In this document: piece after piece, positions 63,464 to 64,000 of the stretch
Numbering within the stretch: position 1 is the first letter of the stretch
How the letters are laid out: each line of letters begins with the position of its first letter
Virus record (IMG/VR): IMGVR_UViG_3300005821_000187
Source: an uncultured virus (IMG/VR IMGVR_UViG_3300005821_000187)
Lineage: Duplodnaviria; Heunggongvirae; Uroviricota; Caudoviricetes
Direction: 5' to 3' (one strand)
DNA length: 64,000 bases
The notes under the pieces: generated by a model
What the model saw: only the letters and a program-made list of their open reading frames with translations
Databases searched by the model: none
What the model was told of the DNA's origin: nothing
Made by a program: the position numbers and the translations under genes

Positions 63464-63637
63464 TCATTCTGGCGCTTCGCTCTTCAAAAGTGCAGCACCA
63501 CTTTCCAGGTCGTCCCACATTTGAAAATACTCAGCGAGGATCAACGGGATCAGATCCTTCACGAAGAGCTTTTTCTTGTCCGCTTCGGCGGCAAGCCGCA
63601 TCTCAATATCCTCCGGTACGTCGACCACGTGCTGCAT
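63464..63637 (-). CDS. Small protein, possibly ribbon-helix-helix (57 aa)
   Basis: MQHVVDVPEDIEMRLAAEADKKKLFVKDLIPLILAEYF...; TGATG coupling to the upstream gene; not in the ORF track. Confidence 0.55.
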   Translation of the reverse strand: MQHVVDVPEDIEMRLAAEADKKKLFVKDLIPLILAEYFQMWDDLESGAALLKSEAPE

Positions 63638-63993
63638 CACTTTTTCCTTCGGATGTAGAGGCGCTTCTCGATGGTGATCAACCGTTCCCCGTGCTCTTTG
63701 TCCGTGTTCTGCATGCTATCGAGCGTGTCTTGGTTCACCCCGTGTGGCTGCTTCGCGTGCGCTTCAATCGACTGCTTCACCCCGGCTTGCTCTAGCTTCC
63801 TACTGTCTACGTCAACGCACGCGCGCTGCCACGAGCCGAGCAATGTGATCAGAAGCATCCCGGCGAGCACTTGAAAAACCCGAACCTGAGTTTCGAGCTT
63901 TTCAAGTTTGCGGAGCCGAGCATCGTGCTCTTCCAGCTCCCGGCCCATATCGACCTTGCGATAGGGGCGTATGCTCGCCTTCGGCTCAATCAC
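63637..63993 (-). CDS. Single-TM coiled-coil protein (118 aa)
   Basis: VFQVLAGMLLITLLGSW TM flanked by HDARLRKLE and HGERLITIE; GGAG RBS. Confidence 0.6.
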   Translation of the reverse strand: MIEPKASIRPYRKVDMGRELEEHDARLRKLEKLETQVRVFQVLAGMLLITLLGSWQRACVDVDSRKLEQAGVKQSIEAHAKQPHGVNQDTLDSMQNTDKEHGERLITIEKRLYIRRKK

Positions 63994-64000
63994 TCACTCC

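Overview
The window is a 64-kb slice of a large, GC-rich tailed bacteriophage with a contractile tail. The host cannot be determined from the sequence. Almost all genes lie on the minus strand. From right to left: neck, sheath, tube, chaperone, tape-measure and baseplate genes; a LamG/beta-helix receptor-binding cluster; a membrane-protein (lysis-like) cassette; a plus-strand island at about 32.3-34.5 kb; a replication-recombination block (SF2 helicase, DnaB, primase, CobS/CobT-like pair, sigma-like protein, PolA, UvsY-like, gp32-like SSB, RecA, a fused Mre11-Rad50, RuvC-like resolvase, m6A methyltransferase); a second cluster of probable virion proteins; and a patatin. No capsid, portal, large terminase, endolysin, tRNA or CRISPR array was recognised. 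The most unusual signals are: (i) a candidate ~620-nt structured ncRNA with a terminator, followed by a 28-aa hydrophobic peptide, two small ORFs and a second ~350-nt structured RNA candidate; (ii) an intact, free-standing intein/LAGLIDADG gene whose splicing and nuclease residues are replaced, convergent with a lone IS3 OrfA-like HTH gene; (iii) a single-chain Mre11-Rad50; (iv) a shared promoter/operator/leader motif at several dispersed genes. All product calls come from motif reading by eye, with no database searches, and RNA stems were paired by hand.
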